DNA from: Octopus bimaculoides | Taxonomy: Eukaryota | Reading direction: 5' to 3' | DNA: 64,000 nt | Assembly: GCF_001194135.2 (NCBI RefSeq) | Contig: NC_068984.1 | Coordinates: 104,688,522-104,752,521 of the forward strand | Part shown: piece after piece, positions 51,300 through 63,736 of the stretch | Numbering within the stretch: the stretch's first letter is position 1 | How the letters are laid out: every line of letters begins with the position of its first letter | Translations under genes and position numbers: made by a program | The notes under the pieces: model-generated | The model's input: the letters and a program-made list of their open reading frames with translations, nothing else | Databases searched by the model: none | Told to the model about the DNA's origin: nothing

Positions 51300-51720
51300 T
51301 TTAAATATCTGTTTACATTGCATTTTACACAGATATAAGTGGAATAATTCTTTCCCATCTTGTCCAGAATGTTGATTTTCTGGAAGCTGTCCAAAGATGT
51401 GCAACCAGATGAAAACCTTCTGTTGGTCACCATATCTTGAAGGTATTTCTTTTTGGGGAATTGAGACACTAAAGTTTTAAAATCTAGCAACTGACTTGAT
51501 AGAAACTCACAAGATTACCCACCATGTTTCTAACAACAACTGTGGCTATCTTTTTGAATTCAATACTACCACTTGTGAATAGCATGACTTTTGGAATCAT
51601 TTTTTCATGTTCAGAATTGTCAAAGCATGGAATAAATTACCATGTCAGTTAATAACTATCAAGACACTGCATCCTTCAAAAATACTGTTTCTTGAAATTT
51701 GCTAACACTACTTCTGACAT
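51300..51720 (+). mobile_element. CR1/L2-like LINE 3' end, degenerate
   Basis: HDFWNHFFMFRIVKAWNKLPCQL matches the CR1-type C-terminal FF..R.V..WN.LP motif. Confidence 0.65.
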
Positions 51721-52015
51721 ACCTATTGTACCTTTTCCTCTTTATGGCTCTATTATTGTTCACTTCTCTGTCTTTTACATTTTATTCTGTGTACTGTGCA
51801 TGCATTTTTAGTTTCCATTGCTGTCTTTCTTTACTTAACTTGTTGCTTTCTGTTCTTTCTTTCAACCTTTTCTGACAAGTACTATGCTTTTGAGTACTGT
51901 ATACAATAAGCTCATTATCATTATTATTTAAATCATTTACAGCAAGATACCATTTCTCATGTCATATATACAAATTTTAAGTAGATTGAAATGATATTAC
52001 AGGGAATAAAACAAT

Positions 52016-52212
52016 ATTGGTTTCAAATATCGGCACAAGAACAGTAATTTTGGGTGGTGGGATAAGTTTATTACATTGACGCAAGAGACTCAACTAGAAC
52101 TTATTTTATTGACCCTGAAAGGATGAAAGGCAAAGCTGACCTTAGCGGAATTTGAACTCAGAATGTAAAGATGGACAAAATGCTGCTAAGATTCTGCCAG
52201 CTCAGTACCTTA
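52016..52212 (-). mobile_element. SINE (second family)
   Basis: acttattttattgaccctgaaaggatgaaaggcaaagctgaccttagcggaatttgaactcagaatg. Confidence 0.8.
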
Positions 52213-53444
52213 GGGAAATAAAACAATATTAAAGGTAAGCTTTAAACACAATTTGTTTTGAACATTTTAACTAATTATCTTGTTAAAAGAGATGTGCTCA
52301 TGACCTTTACAGACCTTCCAAAAACTAGACAATGAAGTTGAGCCTTAATTTGAACATCTGAATGTTATTACTTGTGGCCATGGTGTGAGTTCTAGAGAAA
52401 TCTGTTGTCTGAGTAATAATGTGTATAGATATTTAGTGTGGAAGAAGTAAACTTGTTGAGCAGAAGAGAAGCTGTTGCATTTATATAGGTTCAGATAGAG
52501 GTAGTACACAACTTGCTAATTTAGAGAAACTAATTTAGAGGTAGTACACAACTTGCTAATCTGATTCACAAACAATGATATACAGAGAAGAAACAGACCA
52601 TATGTAAACCAGTGGTTGTAGCATGTTAATAAGTGAAGGTTTACTAGTGAAACAGATGGAAGTATTTCTTGATGTAGTTTAGTGTCTGTAGGTATAGCAG
52701 TGGTATGTAAACAATACAGTCTAGTCTTTGGGATGTAGTTTTGGTTTAGCTTATAGACATATGATCTCTGTAAAGCTGTATAGTACATGATCACTATAAA
52801 GATGTGTGATGTGATCACTGTAAAGATGTGTAGTGTGTGGCCACTGCAGAGATGGTACATTTAACTTGTATTTATGATGTGACCACAATAGTCACAGCTG
52901 AAACAAGCTAAAAATGATTTATAATCATAATTCATTATATTACTTTCAAGTTTGAGCACATACACCAATGCTTATTATAAATTTGATAATGACATTAACT
53001 TAAGGTAAAATGGTTTAAATTATGAATTAAGGTCATGTTATGTGAATAATAAAAATGCTTTCAATAGTTTTGGGGATTAAGTAAGTTTGCATACATTCCT
53101 ATTAGTATTCAAAGTTTACTTGTTTGCTTGCCATTTATCAAGTGTATATTTTAAAATTATCATATAAAAGAGAAAGTGTGTCTATACAGTTTGAATATTT
53201 AAATCAATTTTGGTGAAAGGATTAATAAACTGAACTGAGGTACTTTTCTACAAACCATGTTCAGCACTATTTAAATAGATATATTGCAGTATTGTAGCAT
53301 GTGTCAAATTTAAGGAACTGAACTTGTATGAATGGCAAGTAATATATCTTCTCCAAGTTGATGTATACAACTTTAATTTACATAAAAATTTGCCTCTCTC
53401 TTTCTCTTTTCTCTCACTGTGTGTGTGTGTGTGTGTGTGTATAT

Positions 53445-53825
53445 ATTCTTCTATTCTTTTATTCTTTTATTTGTTTCAGTCATTTGACTGTGGCCATGCT
53501 GGAGCACCACCTTTAGTTGAGCAAATTAACCCAAGACTTATTCTTTGTAGCTTATTCTGTCAGTCTCTTTTGCTAAACCACTAAGTTAAGGGGACATAAA
53601 CACACAGCATCGGTTGTCAAGCAACGTTGGGGGAGGAGGGACAAACACAGGCACACACACACACACACCACATATATATACAATGGGCTTCTTTAAGTTT
53701 CTGTTTTCCACATCCACTCACAAGGCTTTGGTCAGCCCAAAGCTATAGTAGAAGACACTTGCCCAAGGTGCTACTCAGTGGGACTGAATCTGGAACCATG
53801 GGGCTGGTAGGCAAGCTACTTACCA
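53445..53825 (-). mobile_element. SINE, near full length
   Basis: Reverse complement of the 3548/10098 family (ttgtttcagtcatttgactgtggccatgctggagc...cacttgcccaaggtgc). Confidence 0.8.
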
Positions 53826-53970
53826 CACAGCCACTCCTGCACCTATACGTCTATATTCTATTGAAAATTTATGTTGGTTTAGCAAAAAGTTGAGTAAAAA
53901 TCTATAGCATTTTGATATGATGTTGATATGTATGAAATTATCCAAAAATCAGAAAGTATATATTCTAAAG

Positions 53971-54134
53971 ATCAATGACTGGACGGTTAAGAAGTTTGCT
54001 TTACAATCATGATATCCCATGTTCAATCTCACTGGATGACATTTCCGACAAACGTTCTTTGAATCAAAGACTCAGGTTGAGTGAAACTGGAGTTGATGAA
54101 AACTATGAGGAAACCAATCAGATGGATTGCTCCT
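53971..54134 (+). CDS. Candidate exon, unknown product
   Basis: tattctaaag|A TCA ATG...TCC T|gtaatt; lies in the 97-aa ORF; SMTGRLRSLLYNHDIPCSISLDDISDKRSLNQRLRLSETGVDENYEETNQMDCS; splice sites only moderate. Confidence 0.35.
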
Positions 54135-54393
54135 GTAATTTAAAGATTCACTCTTGTCATGCTTTTTTACAGCGATTCCACCTGTATATTGTGTTAAGGG
54201 CACACATGTATATGAAATACTCAGTTATTTCCTTATTCAATGAGCAGGTGCTTCTACTGATTAAATGACTAAAGATTCATTGTTAAAATCAAAATGAAAT
54301 CCATTTAAAATACCAATTACATTAGAACTAAATCATTTTAAGGAGTTTTTAAAGACCATTTTAAATACATATGTGTGTGTGTATGTGTATATA

Positions 54394-54527
54394 CAGGGTT
54401 TGGACAAAATAATAGAAACACCTTAAAATTTCAAACAAATTTATTTTAATATGGGGTAGGACTGCCTTTGGCAGTAATTACAGCTAGAATTCTATGAGGT
54501 ATATACTCTATGAGGTATAGACATCAC
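54394..54527 (+). mobile_element. Tc1-like 5' terminal fragment
   Basis: TA then cagggtttggacaaaataatagaaacacc, a typical Tc1-type terminus; no partner TIR found. Confidence 0.5.
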
Positions 54528-55231
54528 ATTTGACAGAGTAATATGAATGCTAAAGAGTTAAAGCAAACTGATTTTAGAGTTGTAGGGAATTACAACTCTA
54601 AAATTCATTTTGCATTAAATACTTCTCTACTAGAAATCGTTCATTAAAAAAAAAATTACTTCTGAAAATATGAAAGTCAAAAAAATAGAATTAATATGAT
54701 GAAAACAACATCCATTTCTGCATGTGTTAAGAATGAAATAATGCTGAAATATAAACCAGTTTTAAAAAGAAATATATAATATGATGATAGGATTTTATTC
54801 CAAATGAATGGCACCATATGGACAAAAACGTTTTATTTGAGTTTCTACAGAATGTGTCTGCAAGAATTGCAAAAATTCCATGCAATAGCAGGAAAATAAC
54901 AAGGATCAAGATAAAGTTGAATACTTAATAATAGTTTGATTCTTTTTTTCTTTTTTCTTTAAAGGAAGGAACATATCCTTTGACTAAGTTAGATTAAGAG
55001 CATTTTTATTGATCAACATTTTTACGATGCTATATGATACCCATGTAGGAAGAATGGATAGGAATGTTAAAAGAGGGCTCCTATATGGATTTGTGTAATA
55101 CAGTGTTACATTTTCTAACAAGGTTAAAATAAAGTCTAACAAATACAACGTTTTTCATCATGGTTACAAGATATGTAATAAATATTTACAAAATTAAATC
55201 AAGAATTTTAATGATTTAGTTTAATACTTAC

Positions 55232-55360
55232 TTGGTCATAGGCATTAATATTGGCTTCATTTCTTATGAGAACAACAACTACGTCTTCACAGCTTTTGTT
55301 ACAAGCATGATGTAATGCAGTCTTTTCAAGAGTATCTTTAAGCTCAATATCAGCACCAGC
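55232..55360 (-). CDS. Ankyrin-repeat protein, internal exon
   Basis: tttgtttccatttccag|GCT...CAA|gtaagt; 129 nt, phase 0-0, open: AGADIELKDTLEKTALHHACNKSCEDVVVVLIRNEANINAYDQ, fitting the GAD..KD...TALH.A......V..L....A.IN..D ankyrin consensus. Confidence 0.85.
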
Positions 55361-56056
55361 CTGGAAATGGAAACAAATTCCAGTAATTAATTATAAAATA
55401 TAAGTGTTTTAAAATTTTCAATTTAACCTCTTTGTTCCCATATTCCTACTGAAAAGCACTGTCTTTGTTTCAATTAATTCTTAAAATAATGATGAATTTT
55501 GTAAAATAGTGTGTCAATAGCCAGCTGGAGACGATGTTTCCTGGGGCTAATTATTAGTAACATTCATCCTAACCAGGACTGCCACATTATGTCGATAAAT
55601 AATCCTTACATTTTTGTAAAATAACTTTATAGTTATTATTATTATTAAGCTGATGTTATGAATATAAATTAATATTTTGATTTGCATCATTATAAAACAG
55701 GAAATTAGTCTTATAAAATCAGCGGTAGTCATTGGTGAATTGGTATCAAAAGAGTTAGATATATTTTTATAAAAAATAAACCCTGAATCTAATTTTTCCA
55801 AATGAGAAAAATATTAGTGTTCAAATAAGCAATTACAACAACAAAAACTGAATTAAATTATCATTTACACTGAAAAACTAAATTGATTTAGATTAACAAA
55901 GAAAAAAGAAAACAAAGAAATTAGGTTCTGCTCAAGTAAAGATTACTTGATAAAGCAATGATCAAAGCAGTGATTCAATGAACATTGTTTTTATTGATTG
56001 ATTGATTTTATGCCAATGAAATCTGATCTGCATTACTTATTTCTTCTCCAACTCAG

Positions 56057-56112
56057 CTATACATTATAATGGTTTTGAAGATTTCTATATTATATACAAT
56101 ATATTGATACAG
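56057..56112 (+). CDS. Candidate exon, unknown product
   Basis: tatttcttctccaactcag|CT ATA...CAG|gtgagt; strong sites, 56 nt, only the phase 1-0 frame open: IHYNGFEDFYIIYNILIQ. Confidence 0.4.
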
Positions 56113-56908
56113 GTGAGTTCATAAGTTCCTTCAGAGCAGGTTATATCATACCAAACCTTTTATCTTTCCCACTGAATATGATAGGTACATTTTTATTTCT
56201 ATTATTTTTTAATGCATTCATTTCCTCATGTGTTTACTTATTATCTGATTCTTGTTTGTAAAAGAGTTGAAATGGTTTCAACCATTAATAGGGTCATAAG
56301 TCTAGAATCTATAATTGTAAAAGTATACATATTTGATTAAAGAAAGTAGCACAAAATTACTACAGGTAGTATGGATGCACTAGAGAAAATGTATAGCAAA
56401 CCAAACAAGTTCTTTGTGGCTGATAGTGATTTAATCAATTAAGAAGATGAAAACAAGTTGTAGAACCTGTAGAAGTTTTTGATGAGATTCTAAAACACTA
56501 ATATTGGTGAGTATAATACAAGTCGCATACTTAGCAAATCAAATTGTATTGGAAAACAATATCTAAGTAAGTGACTTCATATCATCACTGTTAACTGTTG
56601 CAAAAACAAAATATGAGGTGTGGGTTATAGAAGTCTCAAGTAAATTAATCAGTTAAGAAGGTAAATGAGAGATCCATAGCAAAATTAAGATTGTACATGA
56701 TAAAGTTTTGGATATACTAAAGTGTAGAATTACAAAGAGTATATTTTTATACAACCATGAAGGAAAGTCTTGGCTAAGAATAGACATTTGTATTTTACAC
56801 TTGACAAAAATAAAATATTCAAAATCTTTGATAGTGGCCTTTGCTTACTAATCTGTTACAGCACATGCCCTGATACTACTACTACTATAGAGTAGTTCAC
56901 TAAAAGTT

Positions 56909-57106
56909 GTTGATCATTTATTTAAATAACACACACTACAAGAATGACCGACAAGAGGTGTTCTGACTAAGTATGAGTAAAGTAAATATTGGTTCCAAAT
57001 TACCAGAGTTGATCAGTTATTTAAATAACATACACTACAAAAATGACTGACAAGAGGTGTTCAGTCTAAGTATGAGTAAAGTAAATGTTGGTTCCAAATT
57101 GTCAGA
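56909..57106. repeat. 99-bp tandem duplication
   Basis: Units start gttgatca at 56909 and 57008; few mismatches. Confidence 0.9.
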
Positions 57107-57314
57107 GTTCTGTCTTCAAGTTTGAAGAAAGAAGTTTCAGATAATATCCACAAAATCTATGACAACAGTAACTTCTTTATTACAATGAAATCAAAACAAG
57201 CCTAAAAACAAATGTGAAACTTAAGAAAGTGAGCTTCAAAGAAAAAAATGTGAATTTAGTTAAAAGAAAGGTCATGTTTAAAAACAAGAATTGTAAAAAT
57301 GAAACAGTAATTAA

Positions 57315-57515
57315 CCCTTTAGCATTGAGAAAACACCATCTATTATAATGCTTATTTATTCACATCGTTTTGAATTAATCATGCAATATTTTGTAACTTT
57401 GTGATTTCAATGATGTAATTATATAGGGTAGGTGTGATGGGCCAGATCTAGCCAATCTGAACATAAAACGGGTAGAATGTTTGAGCCAGAAATGGCCAGT
57501 TTTAATGCTAAAGAG
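57315..57515. mobile_element. piggyBac-like MITE
   Basis: TTAA|ccctttagcatt...aatgctaaagag|TTAA (TSDs 57311-14 and 57516-19; TIR with 1 mismatch); an isolated matching end at about 54546-54561. Confidence 0.8.
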
Positions 57516-58605
57516 TTAAAGAAGTAATGTAACTTTGATAAGTACACAGCAAGGGAATTGATACAGTGCCTATAGTCAGGACAGGAATGAGTACACAGTA
57601 AAGGAGTACACTGTAAGGGGATAGACACAATGCCAGTCGTGTCTAATCAGCACAATAGTGAATATAAGGTTACGGAGTATGCAATAAGGGACTACACAAT
57701 TAAAGAGTACACTGTAATGGAGGAGATACAATGCCAATAATGCTTGGTCAGTACAGGAATGAGTACATGATAAGAGTGTGCACTATGTAGTGAAAAGAAA
57801 GCTGATGGAAAAACAACTAAACTTTAGTCTCAGTGTAAAAAAAGGGGGGAGTACTCAAAGGGTACTGTGAGTTTCATAGAAGTATGATAAGAGACCATCA
57901 TTTTAGATACACTGAATTGCCATTGACCATTAGTGAAGGTATGTGGCTTTGGGTTTGATTCCCAGGCTAGATTGCATGCCGTGTTCTTGAGGAAAACACT
58001 TTAATTTATATTACTTTCATGCTGTTTGGAGACCCGCATGTCAAAGATTGGTCCCAGCATTTCCTCTGTATGCTGTAAAAGATGACTAAAAGGGGGTTGA
58101 GGTAAGATTTTCGCTCCAGTCTCGTAAAACCCTCCCCAACAACGACTATCCAAACAGACCCATGGGCTGGCAGGTTGTTGCCTGAGTGGTGCAGAGGCAT
58201 CATTCACCAGGAGTAGTGTAGGGAATCACCAACAAATGATGGATGCAGTGATGCACTGTTACAGCATATACTCTTATACTGCTACTACTATTAGAGTTGT
58301 TCGCTGAAAGTTGTTGATCAGTTATTTAAATAACACACACTACAAGAAAGGAGCTAATAATTAAGTCCATAATTAAAATGTGACCAAGCCTCAAAGGTGT
58401 TGTTTAATATATATAAGATGGCTGCTCATTTACAAACATGAAACCTGAATAGATGCTGCATACTGAGTAAAACTGGATTGTGGATTGATAGTAGAAGATC
58501 AAAGAATGAGAGTTATTGAAGTTTCAAATGAGATATTAGACATAAAATGTAAAACTACTGTAATATTGAGCCATATTACTTACATGGGATATTACTAAAT
58601 GAATT

Positions 58606-58742
58606 GATGACAATGATGATGATGATGACGAATATGATGGTGTTGATGGTGATAAGGATGGTGGTGATGTTGATGAAGATGATGACAATGATGATAAAGA
58701 TGGTGGTGGTGGTGATGATGACGACGATGATGATGATGATAT
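58606..58742. repeat. Degenerate (GAT/GGT)n microsatellite
   Basis: Directly visible; explains the poly-His ORF 58595-58822. Confidence 0.9.
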
Positions 58743-59136
58743 TTCATAAAAAAAACATATACAGACTGAATATATTTTGACCTTTGGGTACTGGTTTCAA
58801 CACACCCACTTTTCCCTAACATTGTCAGTCTTGTTTATAATATTTGTTTACATTAAAATTTAGTGATTGCATAGCATATATAATTACATAACATGTCCAA
58901 TACACACCCACATATAATTAGATGAATAAATGTGTATGTGAATATGTGTGTAATGTATCATGTGTATGTGTGTATGTAGAAAAGGGATTACACATGCATT
59001 AGGGTGTGTGTATACACATGTAGAGTAGGGAATGTAATGTGTATCTGTGTTTGTAGTAGGATGAATGATGGATTCTCATTTTCATATGAATGCATGGAAA
59101 TTAGATGTCAGAACTACCACAGAAATATATGCTATA

Positions 59137-59137
<1 letters not shown>

Positions 59138-59207
<70 letters not shown>

Positions 59208-59285
59208 TGTGAGTGTGTGTGTGTGGTGTGTGTGGCATGTGTGTGTGTTGTGGGCATGTGTGTATTGTATGCATGTGTGTATATA
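59138..59285. repeat. (TG)n microsatellite
   Basis: Directly visible. Confidence 0.95.
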
Positions 59286-59386
59286 TAAATATACATACAT
59301 TATAGACATATTTGTTTGTGTGTGTGTGTATACACTTTAGTTTCATCAATCTAAAGAAAGTGACACAGTTACACATTTTTTGTCAG

Positions 59387-59422
59387 ATAAGGAGGAGGAA
59401 ATTAAGTATAGATAAGTGGCTG
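59387..59422 (+). CDS. Candidate short exon
   Basis: acattttttgtcag|ATA...CTG|gtaagt; 36 nt, phase 0-0: IRRRKLSIDKWL; phase-compatible with 56057-56112. Confidence 0.3.
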
Positions 59423-60947
59423 GTAAGTGATGTCAAGTACACAGATGAAGGTGCTATGATTTCCATCAATGTAAGGAATTAGAAACTGACTGAAGTCTCA
59501 GCTGAGCCTTTATTTTACTTTTTTTCGTCCTAGTACTAAAACTCTATAGGAACTGAGTAACTCTTAAAGATTCCAGTATGGGTGTTATAAAAAGACTATA
59601 CAACAATATCTAAATATAAGACTCTGACATATGATATATCATTAACTCAAGGAATGCCTTTAATCCCTTTGATTCCAGCCCATTTGATACCACTCTTAGT
59701 TTTATGATAGAAACTTCCTGTTTTAAAGTAATCTAAATTAAAAACCATCCGCCAAATTTTCATGCTAATTTATGTTTTATACACTGGCTTAATAATGACA
59801 AAGTTATTTTATTAAATGTTTTATAATTTTCTAAATTAATTGAAAGTGGCAATATATTTCAAATGAAATATAGTAACAAAAGAGAAAAAATTTGGTAGTA
59901 TGTAAACAATATAAACTAGTGAATGTATAAAGAACAATAACATTGCAGGAGATTGTCTTGCTATAGTCTTGAGGTACTGACAAAACAAACTATATTCATT
60001 CTATATCTATGTAATGATGGCGTTTTCTTAATTAAAATATTACTAGGAGTCAAGTCCTTTTATTTTTGTCAATGCTGAACACTATATGTATGTTAGGAGT
60101 ATAACTGCATTCATAGTGTTACTGAATAGACATTATAATGTTGAGTTATATGATTTCATGAATGGCAAAATAATATATAAATTATAAGCACAGAGCAGAT
60201 GTTAGAGAGATGATTTTTTTAATGATATGAAAGCGAAAATATAAAGAAACTGTGTAAGTTAGCTAACCTTAGGTTAGCATTTAGAAAAATGTTGCTTATG
60301 AAGATGTTATCAATAAGTCATTTATAATTTATAATTCTTTTCAAAGTTTTGCCAAAGCAATTTAAAAAATACTTCTTGCAATTTTAAAGTAAACCACAAA
60401 GATACTGAATTTCATATACCTCTACTTTTGAATTAGTTTTATATTCATGCTATTTCTACATTTGGATGTAGTGATTAAATGGTTGGTTAGAGTATTGAAA
60501 CATCACTTAATAGGTCTCAAATTTAAATCAACTTTTAGTGTCCTATATCATATTTTAAATGTAGTTTATAGAGCTGTTAGAAGTAAGTACTAGGTATTTT
60601 GAGAATGTTTCCTATAGCAGGCTCATATTCTATCCAGTTGCAGCTGCCTTAGTCAGTTAACAATTACTTCTGGGTCCAAGTCCAGGCAAGGCACTAAGGT
60701 AATTTACGTAATTCAATTGAAGCAAAAAATGTCATGAAACACAGAGAGCAGAATGAGAACAGTGCACCCCTGTAGATCAAATAAAGGGTTAGGTTTGAAA
60801 TTCCAATGCAACAAATGAGTTCAACACCAGACACTTAAAGAAGGCTGGAGTGTACAACAACCAAAATGCAATGAAAGCAACCATCCAGATGAGGACACCA
60901 GTCTGACTATCATAAACAATACATATAACATAAATTCTTCATATCAG

Positions 60948-61027
<80 letters not shown>

Positions 61028-61344
61028 CTTACTAAGACAACAATATTTCATGATGTTAGAAATCATCATCATGAGCATTGTTATCTTCATCGACATCATC
61101 ATCATTTAATATCCTCCTTCCGTGCTGGCATGGGTCAGACAGTTTGGAGAGAAGACTACACCAAGCTCTACTGTCTACTTTTGTATGAATATGAATAGAG
61201 GGACAGAAATAGGTGTCTTGCAGTTGAAGAAATACATAACTCCCTCAGCTGGAGAAAGAAGGAGAGCAACAATAAAACTGTGACTAACTGCACTTGTTGA
61301 GGTACACAAAAATTATATATCTTTGTTTTAGTTGAAAGGAAAGG

Positions 61345-61730
61345 CTATGTCATAGGAAGCTTGCTTCCCATCCAGTTGCTTCTGAGTTTAATCACACCGC
61401 ATGGCACCTTGGACAAATGTCTTCTGCTATAACTCGGGCTGACCAAAGGCTTGTGAGTAGATTTGGTAGATGGAAACTGAAAGAAGCTTGTCATATGTAT
61501 GTGTGTGTCTTTGTGTCTGTGTTTGTTCCCCCAACTCTGCTAGACAACCAGTGTTGGTGTGTTTACATCCCCATAACTTAGCAGTTTGGCAATAGAGACT
61601 GATAGAATAAGTACCAGGCTTAGCAAAAAATAAATACTGGAGTTGATTCTTTTGACTAAAAATTCTTTCAAGGTGGTAGCCCAGCATGGCTGCAGTCTAA
61701 TGATTGAAACAAGTAAAAGATAAAAGACAA
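61345..61730 (+). mobile_element. SINE, near full length
   Basis: Same head, body and aaaaga tail as the 3548/10098 copies. Confidence 0.8.
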
Positions 61731-61859
61731 AAGAGAGTATACAGAATCGACAAGAGCCATGAAAGCAAGTATACATGGTATACAATGTAAAATCATAAAA
61801 TCAAATGAATGATGATATAGATGCAATACAAGTCGGCTTCTTGGGCTAATCAAAGAACC

Positions 61860-62960
61860 TCACTATCCAAGATTTCCCTGAATGGCAAGGACAAGCGATC
61901 TCTCCAATTTTATTCTTTTACTCACGGTCTACACATATAATTATGAGGTGCCATCCACTCTTGCCATTTTCACCACTTCTATCTTCCTTACCGTTAGTTC
62001 ACTCAAGGACAGCACCTCCATCTCCACCCTAACTTTTCTTTTTAAAGGAAACTTGAAAAAGTCACAGAGGGCTCTGCCAGAGAGGAATGTCACTGTCTTC
62101 ATATCTTTCAGCCTCACTCTCCACACAACCTCTTTTGTCACAGCTACCAGACAAAGGAAAATAGCCTTCTCTGCCCAGTTAAAGGAGGCTGAAAGGGCAA
62201 CCATTACCATGGACTTGGTTGTTAGCCAGATACATCCTACATACAACAGCAGCTATTCAATATAACTCAACCAGTCAACAATGCCCAGACACTGAATGAG
62301 TGTATGCAGAATGATTTTGTCATTGTGTACATCTCAGACAAGCCCATCTCATGGCACATCCTTGCTTGTCAAGTTTACCACTCCTCCGTGGCCCTGACAG
62401 ACCAAGGACTTTGGGGAATTATCTATGGTAGTCCTTGATTGGAAAGTCCACTGGAAGAGACAAGCCAATTCCTTTTTGTTGATACCCAAAGTCTCTCTGA
62501 AAATATCATCACTCATCCCAGCTACAAATCCTCAAAAGATTGCAAGAGCAGAACACCCACTGACTACTTTGCCCAAATGGTAGAGAGCAATGAATGCCTG
62601 ATGATAGTCTAGGTGCCAGGCACCTAGTCTTCGTTTTTGCTTCACCCAGGGCTGCTGCTCCATGAAAGAGAGGAGATGCTGCTCCATGAAAGAGATGTGC
62701 TTCTGAAATGGTACTTACACACATTCACCATCTAAGAAATGTTGCAAGTGGTACAGCCTCAGTAGCCTGAATAGTGGAGTACATCCCTTCCACAAGAAGC
62801 TAAATAACATGCTCAAATCTGATCAGGTGGTAACTGGAGCAAGGCACAACAGCCAGGCAGTAAACAACAACAGGAGTGATGTAGACATTTTCCACCTGTG
62901 CCCACCCTTTAAGGGATCACCTTCTTTCTGCCCATTTCTGTGAAAAGCTGGCCACCCAAT
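61860..62960 (-). mobile_element. Probable LINE remnant (endonuclease-RT linker), clade uncertain
   Basis: Higher-GC, coding-like block with several broken minus-strand ORFs; no unambiguous catalytic motif read. Confidence 0.35.
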
Positions 62961-63009
62961 TTGTCATTTCATCCTGGTTCTTCTCACTTAGAGATTGGTA
63001 CTGAACAAT

Positions 63010-63230
63010 AATAATAATATTCCTTTCTACTATAGGCACAAGACCTGAAATTTTGGGGAGGAGACTAGTCAATTGCATCGACCCCAGAGTTTCTCTGGTT
63101 CTTAATTTATCAACCCTGAAAGAATGAAAGGCAAAGTTGACTTCAGTGGAATTTGAACTCAGAACATAAGGACAGACAAAAATACTGCTTAGCATTTTGC
63201 TCATCATGCTAATGATTCTGCCAGATGGAC
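63010..63230 (-). mobile_element. SINE (second family)
   Basis: ttctactataggcacaag...atcgacccca...gaaaggcaaagttgacttcagtggaatttgaactcagaac. Confidence 0.8.
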
Positions 63231-63654
63231 TACAACAAATATTCTGCTCAATACGACAGATTTGCTTGTCAGTTGCTTGACATTAACCAGTTGAGTATGT
63301 CTCTTAGTGACTGACAATATGTGCATCTCTGATCATGAGCATGTGTAGTGGAGGAGCATGTGTTAAGAGGGATTCTTTGAGGTTTGAATAATTCACCTCT
63401 GGAAACATGGGTGCTTTGTTCATCATCCTTAAATAAACCTCATTCAGAGACCTTTTGAGTGGAATGGGCTACTTAACCTGAAGAAAATTCTAAGTGGGCC
63501 CCATCTGCAAGGTCATACACTGTTTATCTTGATATGAGATCACTATTTCATGCACATATGATTGTGATGCATGTGCCTAGTCATGATGGGTATATTGAGC
63601 TTTGTATATTTGTACTCCAGTGTCACTTTGATGAAATGCATTGCTCTCTCACTC

Positions 63655-63701
<47 letters not shown>

Positions 63702-63736
63702 GAAGAAGAAGAAGAAGAAGAATAAGAATTTCATGT

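Noticed and set aside
51167-51490. 107-aa minus-strand ORF
   Set aside because: Antisense to a CR1-like remnant; no splice or motif support.
56370-56510. FFVADSDL motif as a possible PIN-domain DSD of the asteroid-like gene
   Set aside because: Wrong strand relative to the exon chain and surrounded by stops.
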